The position numbers and the translations under genes are program-made. Positions 29,706-38,884 of a stretch of DNA of 64,000 bases are shown one piece after another. Each line of letters begins with the position of its first letter. Position 1 is the first letter of the stretch. Below the pieces are notes generated by a model. It saw only the letters and a list, made by a program, of their open reading frames with translations. It ran no database searches and was not told where the DNA came from. The stretch spans positions 31,889 through 95,888 of the forward strand of contig CAMVDR010000002.1 in assembly GCA_947166295.1 (NCBI GenBank). The letters run 5' to 3'. Source of the stretch: an uncultured Candidatus Saccharibacteria bacterium (lineage in GTDB: Bacteria > Patescibacteriota > Saccharimonadia > Saccharimonadales > Saccharimonadaceae).

Positions 29706-30257
29706 ATGAAAAATACTACCCAGAACATTAAAAATGTCAAAATCCACTATTTCTTTAGTAAGGAGGTGCCGGAGCTGGTCGACGAGTTCAAGCAATTCGT
29801 TGTATCGGTAAACAAGTATCTGATTGGATTGCGGAATGATCCGCGCTACCACGAATCCGCAACGCGCGGAAAATCCAAGAGCAAGGTAGTTACCTTCGAA
29901 GATGGGAACTGGAAGTTCCGCGGTAAACTGACCCGCGAGGGTCAGCCTTATACCGAGGAGGCCATATTCTATTTTCGCGGCGAAAAGATCTGGCGCATGG
30001 AGCGTAATTTCAGGTTATATGAGGCGGCGTACCAACGCGAAGATGCCGTAACGCATTGCATGTTGGCGGCAGCCGCGGAATACGATACTGAAGCGCCCTG
30101 GCGCGGTCCAGAATGCATACTCGACGACGAAGTGCAGTTGCAATACGCGTCGGTCTATTCCGGCACAGATGACGACTTCACTGTTGAAGAGACCATCCGC
30201 AATGCCTACGGGGTTGTTCTCTGGATGGCCACCTGTAGCGGTGGATATTTGACATAA
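29706..30257 (+). CDS. DUF5680-like protein (paralogue of the next gene)
   Basis: APWRGP, IWRM and C-terminal SGG motifs shared with 30380-30871; GGAGGT SD. Confidence 0.55.
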   Translation: MKNTTQNIKNVKIHYFFSKEVPELVDEFKQFVVSVNKYLIGLRNDPRYHESATRGKSKSKVVTFEDGNWKFRGKLTREGQPYTEEAIFYFRGEKIWRMERNFRLYEAAYQREDAVTHCMLAAAAEYDTEAPWRGPECILDDEVQLQYASVYSGTDDDFTVEETIRNAYGVVLWMATCSGGYLT

Positions 30258-30379
30258 TTTAATTGTCGCCGCGGTTCGCCGCGGCGGTTTTTATGTATTC
30301 TTAAAGTTGATTTTTTGTAGTTTTATGCTATAATTACAATAATACGTCTATCCGAGATTATAAAATAGGAGGTGGAAAA

Positions 30380-30871
30380 ATGGAAAGGCGTAGCATAGAC
30401 CAAGAATTTACAAATGAATTGCTCGAGTTTTTATACAGAGCACAGTTGAACGGATATGGCAGCGATAAAGAGCCCTTTGTCAGCAAGGATGGCACGCATA
30501 TGCTGTCCTACGCCGAGGAGGGCAAAGAGCTCGAATATGCCGATATCTGGTATGGCGGAGAACCCTTCCGCGGTATGACGGTGATAAGGCGCAGAGGAAT
30601 CGTGTGCTGGGTGATGACGTACGGAGGAGAGGTGTTTGCCGGAATAGACAAAGAGCCGATATACACCTGTTTAAGAGCCGCGCTGACAAGCCTGGACCAC
30701 GACGCCCCTTGGCGTGGACCCGCCGTACTCACCCATGAAAACGGCATGCGTTATGTCAACAGATGGACTGGTGATATTACAAAGTTCAAAGGCAAGGAGT
30801 ATATCTACCAGTCTGGCGCAAGCCGTCTGTATGAAGCCACCTACGAGGGTGGATTTGTAGATTTGGATTAA
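30380..30871 (+). CDS. DUF5680-like protein
   Basis: YADIWYGGEPFRG, WVMTYGG, APWRGP, YEATYEGG. Confidence 0.65.
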   Translation: MERRSIDQEFTNELLEFLYRAQLNGYGSDKEPFVSKDGTHMLSYAEEGKELEYADIWYGGEPFRGMTVIRRRGIVCWVMTYGGEVFAGIDKEPIYTCLRAALTSLDHDAPWRGPAVLTHENGMRYVNRWTGDITKFKGKEYIYQSGASRLYEATYEGGFVDLD

Positions 30872-30942
30872 TACACAACCGTCGCGGCAATGAAGCGGCG
30901 GTTTTTTCCTGGACTGGATTTATAGGGAAAAAATGGTATAAT

Positions 30943-31605
30943 ATGGGTATGATAAAATTCACAATAATCACGCTATTTCAGGAAGCTTTGGAACCATATC
31001 TAAAGACTTCCATGATGTGGAAAGCCACCGAAAAGGGCTTGGCAGAGTTTGATTTTGTGAATTTAAGAGATTTTGGTCTAGGGCCGCATAAATCTGTAGA
31101 CGACACACCATATGGGGGCGGGGACGGAATGTTGCTACGCTGCGAACCGGTGTTTAATGCGATAGAATCGGTGAAAGCCAAAGATCCGGATGCCAAAGTG
31201 ATTTTACCTACCCCAGTAGGAAAGATTTGGGACCAAAAAATGGCACAAAATTTTGCCGAAACAGCCGAGAATGCGCACTATATCATCTTATGTCCACACT
31301 ACGAGGGGTACGACGAGCGAATTCTCTCTATTGTAGACTATAAAATTTCTCTAGGAAAGTATGTACTCACTGGTGGGGAATTGCCAGCGCTCATTATCAT
31401 AGATTCCGTCGTGAGATTAATTCCAGGGGTGCTCGGGGGTGAAACGTCCGCACAGATAGAGAGTTTTTCTGATGGAGACAACCTGGAATACCCCCAATAT
31501 ACTAAACCTTATGATTTTCGCGGGATGACGGTGCCGGATATTCTACTCTCTGGTAACCACGGTGAAATCGCTAAATGGCGCGCGGAGCACAGCGGCAAAG
31601 CATGA
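30943..31605 (+). CDS. trmD: tRNA (guanine37-N1)-methyltransferase
   Basis: VDDTPYGGGDGM, HYEGYDER, ISLGKYVLTGGE, LEYPQYT, LLSGNH. Confidence 0.97.
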   Translation: MGMIKFTIITLFQEALEPYLKTSMMWKATEKGLAEFDFVNLRDFGLGPHKSVDDTPYGGGDGMLLRCEPVFNAIESVKAKDPDAKVILPTPVGKIWDQKMAQNFAETAENAHYIILCPHYEGYDERILSIVDYKISLGKYVLTGGELPALIIIDSVVRLIPGVLGGETSAQIESFSDGDNLEYPQYTKPYDFRGMTVPDILLSGNHGEIAKWRAEHSGKA

Positions 31606-33617
31606 ATTTAGCGGATTCTGTAGAAAGTTTACAGGGAATAGGCCCGAAACGGGCGGAGATTTTGAAGAAAGCCGGTATCCGTACGGTGCGGGATTTTTTT
31701 TATAATTTACCGCGCGACTATGAAAACTTCCAGGCGGCCGAATCTATCGCCGAAATGCGCCCAGGTAAAGTGGTAATAAAGGGCAAAATAGATAGCTTAT
31801 CTACCCGCCGGGCCAAACGTAGGCGCTTATCTATCACCGAAGGAGTAGTCAGAGATAGCACAGGGGCGGTGAAAGTAGTATGGTTTAATCAGGGTTACCG
31901 CGTAAAACAGTTTTCACCGGAGAAAGAATACTATTTTACTGGCAATTTTGAGCTTAAAAACGGACGCTACAGCCTAATTTCGCCATCTGCCGCCGAGGTA
32001 GCCGACATAGACCCTAAAAACGGCCTAAGCCCCGTCTACGTGGCCCACGGAGCGTTGAAATCGCATGATTTCAAGAGATTAGTAGCAAATTCACGCAGTA
32101 AATTCAGCGAAATTCCTGATTTGCTCCCCACAGTAAAGCCTGGCACGCGTAAAAATGCCCTATTTTACGCCCATTTTCCGAATTCGCTAAAATCCGCCCA
32201 AAACGCCAGGGATTATCTGGCCTACGAGGAACTATTTGAGCTAATACTGGCAGCCAAACTCAACCGCCAAGAGAACGATAAATTAAAAGCCGAGAAAATA
32301 CCCTTTAATGCGGCAAAAATCAAGGAGTTTGTGGCAAAATTGCCGTTTCAGCTAACGGGGGCGCAAAGATTGGCGGCGTGGGAGATTTTCCAGAATATGG
32401 AAAAGGATACCCCGATGAACAGGCTACTCCAGGGAGACGTGGGGGCCGGTAAAACAGTAGTGGCGGCCCTAGCGGCCTACGCGGCCGCACTAGAGGGCCG
32501 TCAGGTGGCCCTGCTTGCACCTACCGCCATATTGGCCACCCAGCACTGCGAAGGCTTCTCACGGCTTCTGGGCGCGTTTGGAGTGAAAGTAGCACTACTT
32601 ACCGGCGCCACCAAGAAGAAATCGGAGCTAAAAAAACAAATAGCCACAGGGGGAATAGACGTAGTAATTGGTACGCACGCTCTGCTTACCGATGATACAG
32701 AGTTTCATGACTTATCCCTAGTAGTAATAGATGAACAACACCGATTCGGTGTGGAGCAGAGACAGAAATTGCTGCTAAAATCCCCAGATGGGCTAGCGCC
32801 ACATCTACTCGCGATGACGGCTACCCCTATACCGCGGTCTTTACAACTTACGGTATTTGGAGATTTAGATGTGTCCATTTTAAATGAATTGCCTAAGGGG
32901 CGGCAACCAATCGCCACTAAAATTTTAACAGAGGTGGAAACTAGGGAGATTTTATACCCCAAAATTCGCGAAACCTTAAGTCAAAAAAGTCAAATCTATT
33001 GGATATGTAAAGCCATAGATGATGATCCCCGTACTGAAACTACCTCAGTAAAATCGCGTGCCGCCAAGCTAGCACGGGATTTCCCAGGTGTAGAAGTTGA
33101 GTTTTTGCATGGGCGAATGAAGCCGGCTGAAAAAGACGCTGTAATGGAACGGTTTTCTAGGGGCGAAATACAAATATTGGTATCTACTACGGTGGTAGAG
33201 GTGGGGGTAGATGTGCCAAACGCCACCCTGATGGCGATAGAAAACGCCGAAAGTTATGGCCTAGCGCAGCTGCATCAGTTAAGAGGTCGTGTAGGGCGGG
33301 GAAGCAAGGCATCTTTTTGTTATCTACTCACCTCTGGCGATGCAAGGCCATCGCAACGGCTAAGAGAACTGGAAAAATCTACAGATGGATTCCATCTGGC
33401 GGAGGTAGACTTAAAACTGCGTGGCCCAGGGGAAATCTACGGAGCTTTACAGCACGGAGCGTTAGATCTACGCATTGCTACTTTATCTGATACTAGGTTG
33501 ATTCATCGCGCGCAAGAGGATGTGGCAAAATTCTTGAAAAATCCAGAAAATATGGTAAAATATAAGGAATTGATGAGCGGTATTACCAAATACCAGCAGA
33601 TTACCACGTTAAATTAA
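31602..33617 (+). CDS. recG: ATP-dependent DNA helicase RecG
   Basis: RLLQGDVGAGKT, DEQHRFGVEQR, MTATPIPR, QLHQLRGRVGRG; ATGA overlap with trmD. Confidence 0.96.
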   Translation: MNLADSVESLQGIGPKRAEILKKAGIRTVRDFFYNLPRDYENFQAAESIAEMRPGKVVIKGKIDSLSTRRAKRRRLSITEGVVRDSTGAVKVVWFNQGYRVKQFSPEKEYYFTGNFELKNGRYSLISPSAAEVADIDPKNGLSPVYVAHGALKSHDFKRLVANSRSKFSEIPDLLPTVKPGTRKNALFYAHFPNSLKSAQNARDYLAYEELFELILAAKLNRQENDKLKAEKIPFNAAKIKEFVAKLPFQLTGAQRLAAWEIFQNMEKDTPMNRLLQGDVGAGKTVVAALAAYAAALEGRQVALLAPTAILATQHCEGFSRLLGAFGVKVALLTGATKKKSELKKQIATGGIDVVIGTHALLTDDTEFHDLSLVVIDEQHRFGVEQRQKLLLKSPDGLAPHLLAMTATPIPRSLQLTVFGDLDVSILNELPKGRQPIATKILTEVETREILYPKIRETLSQKSQIYWICKAIDDDPRTETTSVKSRAAKLARDFPGVEVEFLHGRMKPAEKDAVMERFSRGEIQILVSTTVVEVGVDVPNATLMAIENAESYGLAQLHQLRGRVGRGSKASFCYLLTSGDARPSQRLRELEKSTDGFHLAEVDLKLRGPGEIYGALQHGALDLRIATLSDTRLIHRAQEDVAKFLKNPENMVKYKELMSGITKYQQITTLN

Positions 33618-33623
33618 CATTTC

Positions 33624-33754
33624 CGACGGGTCCTGTCGTCATATCTCGCTTGCGGCCGCGTCCGGCCATCCCGTCGCCACGGGTGGCCGGCGCTAATTCT
33701 CGCGCTGCCGCGCTCCGCAATACCGCTACGCTGAGATATTGACGCCACCCGTCG
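33624..33754. mobile_element. Intergenic palindromic element with P1-type ends and a P2/P3-type inner hairpin
   Basis: CGACGGGTCCTGTCG...CGCCACCCGTCG ends match the mnmA element; inner CCCGTCGCCACGGG. Confidence 0.75.
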
Positions 33755-33791
33755 TAATATACAATTATATTGTTTGTTTGTAGACTTATTT

Positions 33792-34316
33792 ATGGATAAT
33801 ATCAAAATTACATCTGGAAAATATCGGGGCAGAAGTATCAAATCGCCTAATTCTAGACTCACCCATCCTATGGGGGCCAGGGAAAAGCTGGCACTATTTA
33901 ACATGATTTCTGGATACCTGCCTGGGGCAGTAGTGCTGGATGCTTATGCTGGCTCCGGGGCACTAGGGATAGAAGCTTTATCGCGCGGAGCGAACTATGT
34001 GATGTTTATAGAGAAAAATCCGCGCATTGCTGGGGTAATCCGTAAAAATCTAGCCGAATTAGGCCTAGCTGAGCAAGCCAGCGTGTCTGAGTGGGATGCA
34101 AAAAATTTCTTGCCACCTAGGAATTTTGACGTGATACTGGCGGACCCACCATACGATAATTTTGACCTGCGGGGTATAGAAAATTTAGCGAAGTTCTTAG
34201 AGGAAGGTGGAGTTTTTGTGCTTTCTCATCCTGGTGAAGCACCAGAGATCAGCGGCTTAAAGCTGAACAAAACTCGTAAATACGCCGCCGCGAGAATCTC
34301 TATTTACATCAAGTAA
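33792..34316 (+). CDS. rsmD: 16S rRNA m2G966 methyltransferase RsmD family
   Basis: ITSGKYRGR, LDAYAGSGALGIEALSRGA, DPPY. Confidence 0.9.
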   Translation: MDNIKITSGKYRGRSIKSPNSRLTHPMGAREKLALFNMISGYLPGAVVLDAYAGSGALGIEALSRGANYVMFIEKNPRIAGVIRKNLAELGLAEQASVSEWDAKNFLPPRNFDVILADPPYDNFDLRGIENLAKFLEEGGVFVLSHPGEAPEISGLKLNKTRKYAAARISIYIK

Positions 34317-34325
34317 AATAATTGT

Positions 34326-34521
34326 TATACTAAAAATGCAATATTCAATCATAAGTGAGAACTAGCACTTTTTATAGCGTATTCATGGCACAGATTAGAA
34401 TGGCACCGTAAGGCTTCATTCGTTTGTGCTATGAATGCTAGTTGCAGATGATTGGATATTGCACCCCTTGCGGTGCCATTTTTGTATTACTACCCCGTTT
34501 ATGTAAAGTGGCACCACAAAG
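34326..34521 (+). promoter_or_regulatory. Conserved structured 5' leader, copy C
   Basis: Stem 34337-34352 pairs with 34448-34463; loop motif 34399-34413; tail 34466-34483; second complement 34505-34521. Confidence 0.78.
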
Positions 34522-34537
34522 ATAAGAAAATATACTT

Positions 34538-34712
34538 TTGCATAATTCATTATGTTTCGGGAGCTATGTGATGTGATAATAAATTTTATCACATCAACTC
34601 CGCCCCTGACGCTCGCTTCGCTTCGCTAGAGCGTCCCAAGGGGCTTACGGCGGCAAGAATCCGCCTTCGGCAGATTTTGCCTTTATGTCCCTTAACATAA
34701 TGAATTATGCAA
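34538..34712. mobile_element. 175-bp MITE-like element with 19-bp perfect terminal inverted repeats
   Basis: TTGCATAATTCATTATGTT / AACATAATGAATTATGCAA enclosing three hairpins; absent from leader copies A, B and D. Confidence 0.75.
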
Positions 34713-34749
34713 TAACAAATTAATCAAACTAAACTATAGGTGAGGTAAA

Positions 34750-36495
34750 ATGGGTGAAACAAATAAAACAAATAGTTATACGGAATTTTTCTATAAAGCT
34801 TTTCGTAATATATTAATTGTAGGTATTCCGCTGGTTATCATTTCTGCTCTTATCCTTGGCTTTAGTGTTTCTCATAGCTCCGCCACAGGTTCTAATTCTA
34901 ATAGTGGCTCAGATAGTGTCACTCTCACCCTTTCTACGTCTTGTACGTTAAGTAGTTCTGTAATTACTCCACATCATGCATCACTTAATGGTGGACAGTA
35001 TGAAGAAGGTATAGGTAATACTAGAATTAATACGTATTGCAATGATAATAATGGCTATAGTATCTATGCCATAGGTACCAGTAATAATATAGATGGCAAT
35101 ACAGATCTAGTTAGTAATCTAGATGAACATTATAATATTCATACAGGAGCATATGCCAATGGTGATAATATAGATACCTCTACTCCTTCCTTTTGGGGCA
35201 TGAAATTAATACCAGGAATAGGTACTGGTAGTAGCAGTGAATTAACCCCACCTACTATTATGAATAGTTATAATAGCTATAATGTAGTACCAAGTAGCTA
35301 TACCTTAGTAGCTTCTAGAACTTCTGGCACTAATATGACCATAGATACTAATATTACTGGTTCCTACTTTAATACTACTTACAACATCTACGCTAGTTCA
35401 GTCCAGCCTGCTGGAAGTTATGAGGGGAAAGTGAAGTATGTGATGGTGCACCCGAATAGTAACTCTCATAATACTATCCCAGATATAGACACTGCCTTTG
35501 CAGCAGCTGGCAAAATGAAAGTCTATGAAGAAGGTGGTAAATCATACTATGCTATGCAGGATATGGACTCTCAAATCTGTAGTTTTGTAGCTAATACTGG
35601 CGCAAGTACTGCTACACAATTAGTGGATATAAGAGATAACAATCTTTATTGGGTAGCAAAGCTGGATGATGGCAAATGCTGGATGACTAGCAATCTCGAC
35701 TTAGATATAGGTGGTACAGGCGTAGCAGCACTCACTTCTGAAAATACAGATATCAGCACCACTGCATCTGGTAGTGGTATTTACGTGGATGGTTACACCG
35801 TGAACAATGGCGTTTGGACTTGGACACCAACATCTACTGCTATTACCGCTAATACGCATATTACATATCCAAATACTGGCACTATCACTGTTTCCCCAGC
35901 TTGGCCAATTAATAACTACACTACCCCATACTCAGCAGAAGGAGGCGATACATACTATTACACCTCTAATTCTACCAACAATGATACGAGATATAATTCA
36001 CTCCAAGCCTGCAAAGCAAGTCATACTGAAGCCGAGTGCAAACGTTACTTTGCTGGTAACTACTACAACTGGACTGCGGCTATAGCTTCTAATAATTCTA
36101 CCGATATAAGTACTACTGGAGCAATCGCGGCTAACTCTATTTGTCCTAAAGGATGGAGATTACCTAGCACTTCCCAAACAAACAATATTAATAATGAGTT
36201 TGGTATTATGCTCTATAAGGCAGGTATCACTGTAAACTTATCTGCTGGCGGTGAATCTGTAGGTTATAAAGATAGCGGTTTTAACAAACTACGCTCCAAT
36301 CCATACTACTTTGTGCGATCTGGTTATATTTATAATGGTTCTCTAGGTGACCCAACAGTTCTTGGCCGCTACTGGTCTAGCACAGTCAGCAGTGGCGCCA
36401 ACGCTTACGACCTGAGCTTTAATAACACCGATATCTACCTAACTCGTAACTATGGCAGGTACAACGGAAGATCTGTGCGCTGCGTGGCGCGCTGA
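34750..36495 (+). CDS. FISUMP-like surface protein; paralogue 3
   Basis: N-terminal TM; TYCNDNNGY; QPAGSYEGKVKY; KLDDGKCWMTSNL; GNYYNWTAA; SICPKGWRLP; GRSVRCVAR. Confidence 0.8.
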   Translation: MGETNKTNSYTEFFYKAFRNILIVGIPLVIISALILGFSVSHSSATGSNSNSGSDSVTLTLSTSCTLSSSVITPHHASLNGGQYEEGIGNTRINTYCNDNNGYSIYAIGTSNNIDGNTDLVSNLDEHYNIHTGAYANGDNIDTSTPSFWGMKLIPGIGTGSSSELTPPTIMNSYNSYNVVPSSYTLVASRTSGTNMTIDTNITGSYFNTTYNIYASSVQPAGSYEGKVKYVMVHPNSNSHNTIPDIDTAFAAAGKMKVYEEGGKSYYAMQDMDSQICSFVANTGASTATQLVDIRDNNLYWVAKLDDGKCWMTSNLDLDIGGTGVAALTSENTDISTTASGSGIYVDGYTVNNGVWTWTPTSTAITANTHITYPNTGTITVSPAWPINNYTTPYSAEGGDTYYYTSNSTNNDTRYNSLQACKASHTEAECKRYFAGNYYNWTAAIASNNSTDISTTGAIAANSICPKGWRLPSTSQTNNINNEFGIMLYKAGITVNLSAGGESVGYKDSGFNKLRSNPYYFVRSGYIYNGSLGDPTVLGRYWSSTVSSGANAYDLSFNNTDIYLTRNYGRYNGRSVRCVAR

Positions 36496-36595
36496 CCTTG
36501 CTTTTTGGACAAAAATATGGTATTATTATTTAGTATTTTATAGGTCACGACCTTAAACTATGTACCTTGAAAGGAGAGAGATACGATTGAAAGGA

Positions 36596-37093
36596 ATGAA
36601 AAAATTTGAGGTAGATTGTACTAGATTACGCCCGGGAGTGTATATCTTCCAGCACAGTCATGGTACCACCACTCTCGATTTAAGATTCATCCGCCCCAAC
36701 CACGGCGTCTATTTGCCTTCACCGGTGATGCATACCATCGAACACCTCGGCAATTCTTATCTAAGGAGCCGAGAAGTTCACAACATCGGGCTGATTTATT
36801 TCGGGTCAATGAGTAGCAGAACCGGATTCTACTTGATAGTATCCGGTTGGCAAAATCCCCTGCACAAGGAATCGCCGATTTTCTTGACGATAAAATCAAT
36901 GTTGAAATTCATCATTGATTTTGAAGGCGAAATCACCGGTGCTAATGCCAAGGAGTGTAGCAATTACGAAGAACACGATTTGGCCGGCGCCAAAGAGTGG
37001 GCTGCAAAATATCTATATTGGCTTAAAAAACCGCATTTTGACTATCCTAAGATAGAGGAGGATTGTTATGAAAAAGATTCCATATGGCAGTAA
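36596..37093 (+). CDS. luxS: S-ribosylhomocysteine lyase (LuxS) homologue with catalytic Cys replaced
   Basis: TTLDLRF..PN, HTIEHL, GSMSSRTGFY (canonical GPMGCRTGFY), ECSNY, HDLAGAK. Confidence 0.8.
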   Translation: MKKFEVDCTRLRPGVYIFQHSHGTTTLDLRFIRPNHGVYLPSPVMHTIEHLGNSYLRSREVHNIGLIYFGSMSSRTGFYLIVSGWQNPLHKESPIFLTIKSMLKFIIDFEGEITGANAKECSNYEEHDLAGAKEWAAKYLYWLKKPHFDYPKIEEDCYEKDSIWQ

Positions 37094-37574
37094 TTGGGAA
37101 CAAAAAGCAACCAAATTGCCGAATGTCGGCATCATGATTGCTCCGGAGATCTTCCGGGTAACGGAGAGAATCTATTTCCAAAACGGCAAAGCCGTGATGG
37201 AGGGTGCGCAGTATTTCGACTGGGAAACGGCGCATCAATTAGTGGAAAACCGCAACGTCCCGGCCGACTGGCGGATGATGAAACCGGCCGAAGCCGAAAA
37301 GATCAAGATGCTTTATAATGCACGTCGGCTCGGTAAGATAATACTTGGGCATGATGGATATATAATTCCATCCAACATGGTGGCATACAAATACTGCCCC
37401 ACAGGATTTGGCCGCTATGTTGCACACCGGGGAATAACTGGCTGCTATTGGTTAGACGAATACATACCAACATCCACTTCTGCTTCTTTACTAGAGGTTT
37501 CCGGATTGCAACTCAAATTGACGAAATACTATATGGGCTACGGACTACCTTTACTACTCGTCAAGGATATCTAA
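37068..37574 (+). CDS. Stand-alone FISUMP/Lcl-like domain protein
   Basis: IAPE.F, YFDWETA, DWRM, GCYW, YGLPLLLVKD; paralogue of the next ORF. Confidence 0.55.
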   Translation: MKKIPYGSNWEQKATKLPNVGIMIAPEIFRVTERIYFQNGKAVMEGAQYFDWETAHQLVENRNVPADWRMMKPAEAEKIKMLYNARRLGKIILGHDGYIIPSNMVAYKYCPTGFGRYVAHRGITGCYWLDEYIPTSTSASLLEVSGLQLKLTKYYMGYGLPLLLVKDI

Positions 37575-37716
37575 TCTCTCTAGAGCCAGCGCTACGGTGC
37601 TGGCTTTTTCTTGCTTTTAATTGACTTTTTATCATAAGTATGACATAATTGTAAAGCGATATCAATTCGCCCGTATCAGACGGAATTCTGAAATTTGTAC
37701 ATTAAGGAGATTAAAA

Positions 37717-38262
37717 ATGAACGTTCCTACATGGATCAAAAGCGGTAAGAGAACACAGGCCGGACTCATTGTGGCTCCGGAAAATTTCGTCTTATACAAG
37801 GAGGTTGTTCTGACTGGCGTAGACAAAAGTGGCGACCCCGACGAAGTCACTATCTTGCACGCCGGCAAGGAGTTCTTTACCTTGGACGAAGCAGAGGCTC
37901 TCCAGGAGCAGGGCTATTTTCCGGAAGGTTGGCGACTGCCCACCGTAACGGAAGCCGGGGCTTGGTTGACGGATTTTTCAGAGGAAGGCTCCTTTAACCC
38001 CAGCGCCAACATTATGGCGCAGCTTGGCCTGAAGCTTGATGGCTTTATCTATCCGGGCATGAATATATACAATTTTGCCCCTAAGGACAAAGAGGCCGTC
38101 AACGACCTTATCGTTAATAGGATGATTGAGGGCAGGTTTTGGTTGTTGAGTGATACCGCCGACGATAACGCCCAAGGTCTTACCGTTCATAGGGTCGCCA
38201 GGCCCAAGATTCAAACGTATTATCGTGGTTGTGGACACGGTATCCGCCTAGTCCACGACTAA
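37717..38262 (+). CDS. Stand-alone FISUMP/Lcl-like domain protein
   Basis: VAPENF, FFTLDEA, PEGWRLPT, GRFW, GHGIRLV; own promoter and terminator. Confidence 0.6.
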   Translation: MNVPTWIKSGKRTQAGLIVAPENFVLYKEVVLTGVDKSGDPDEVTILHAGKEFFTLDEAEALQEQGYFPEGWRLPTVTEAGAWLTDFSEEGSFNPSANIMAQLGLKLDGFIYPGMNIYNFAPKDKEAVNDLIVNRMIEGRFWLLSDTADDNAQGLTVHRVARPKIQTYYRGCGHGIRLVHD

Positions 38263-38385
38263 ATCATCTCCAAGGCCAGCACTAAGTGCTGGCCTTTTCC
38301 TTGAATTATTTTAATTTTTATGCTATTATTGATGGACGTATCGAGCATGAGCTCGAAATTTTGCACCTTAGTTAGGAGAGGTATA

Positions 38386-38796
38386 GTGAAAGAACTAATT
38401 GCATCAGGAATATATTCTTGCGGAAAACGCCATTACAAACATCGCACGGTGGAGCGTTTTTATCTAGAGTTTGTTGGCTACCAAGGTGGGAACATAGATC
38501 ATGATACCGCTGAGACAATTAGGTATCTAGGAAATATATTCTTTTCCGATCGATACTACAGAAAAGATAGAATCATAAGTTTTCGTCCATCTAGACGAGA
38601 TAGCGGATTCTACCTTATAGTCGGAAAAGTGTCTAGTTATCAAAGAATAATTGACCTGGTTGAATCTTTGTGCGGATTTATCGTCGAAACTGACAAGGTC
38701 GACCCAACCGATTCGCTCATGAAGCCAGATTTGCTGGGCGCTAAGATGTGCGCAGCAGACTACCATGTGCTTCTCCATAAACTGGTGCATTTGTAA
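38386..38796 (+). CDS. Degenerate LuxS-fold paralogue
   Basis: ETIRYLG (cf. HTIEHLG), DSGFYLIV (cf. RTGFYLIV), DLLGAKMCAADY (cf. DLAGAKEWAAKY); GTG start after AGGAGAGG. Confidence 0.55.
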   Translation: MKELIASGIYSCGKRHYKHRTVERFYLEFVGYQGGNIDHDTAETIRYLGNIFFSDRYYRKDRIISFRPSRRDSGFYLIVGKVSSYQRIIDLVESLCGFIVETDKVDPTDSLMKPDLLGAKMCAADYHVLLHKLVHL

Positions 38797-38884
38797 TGCA
38801 CCGGTTTTTCATTTGCTGAGGATATTGTGCTTATGTTGACATTTTTCACAAAGTGTGGTATAATGGAGGTATAAGGAGTTTATT

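Noticed and set aside
31575-31601. Longer recG start given in the ORF track (similarly 3259, 16937, 33774, 37621, 38320, 48722, 55317)
   Set aside because: Downstream starts fit SD or -10 positions, gene overlaps and typical N-termini better.
33614-33904. Minus-strand 96-aa ORF
   Set aside because: Overlaps rsmD antisense and a GC-rich palindrome; probable shadow ORF.
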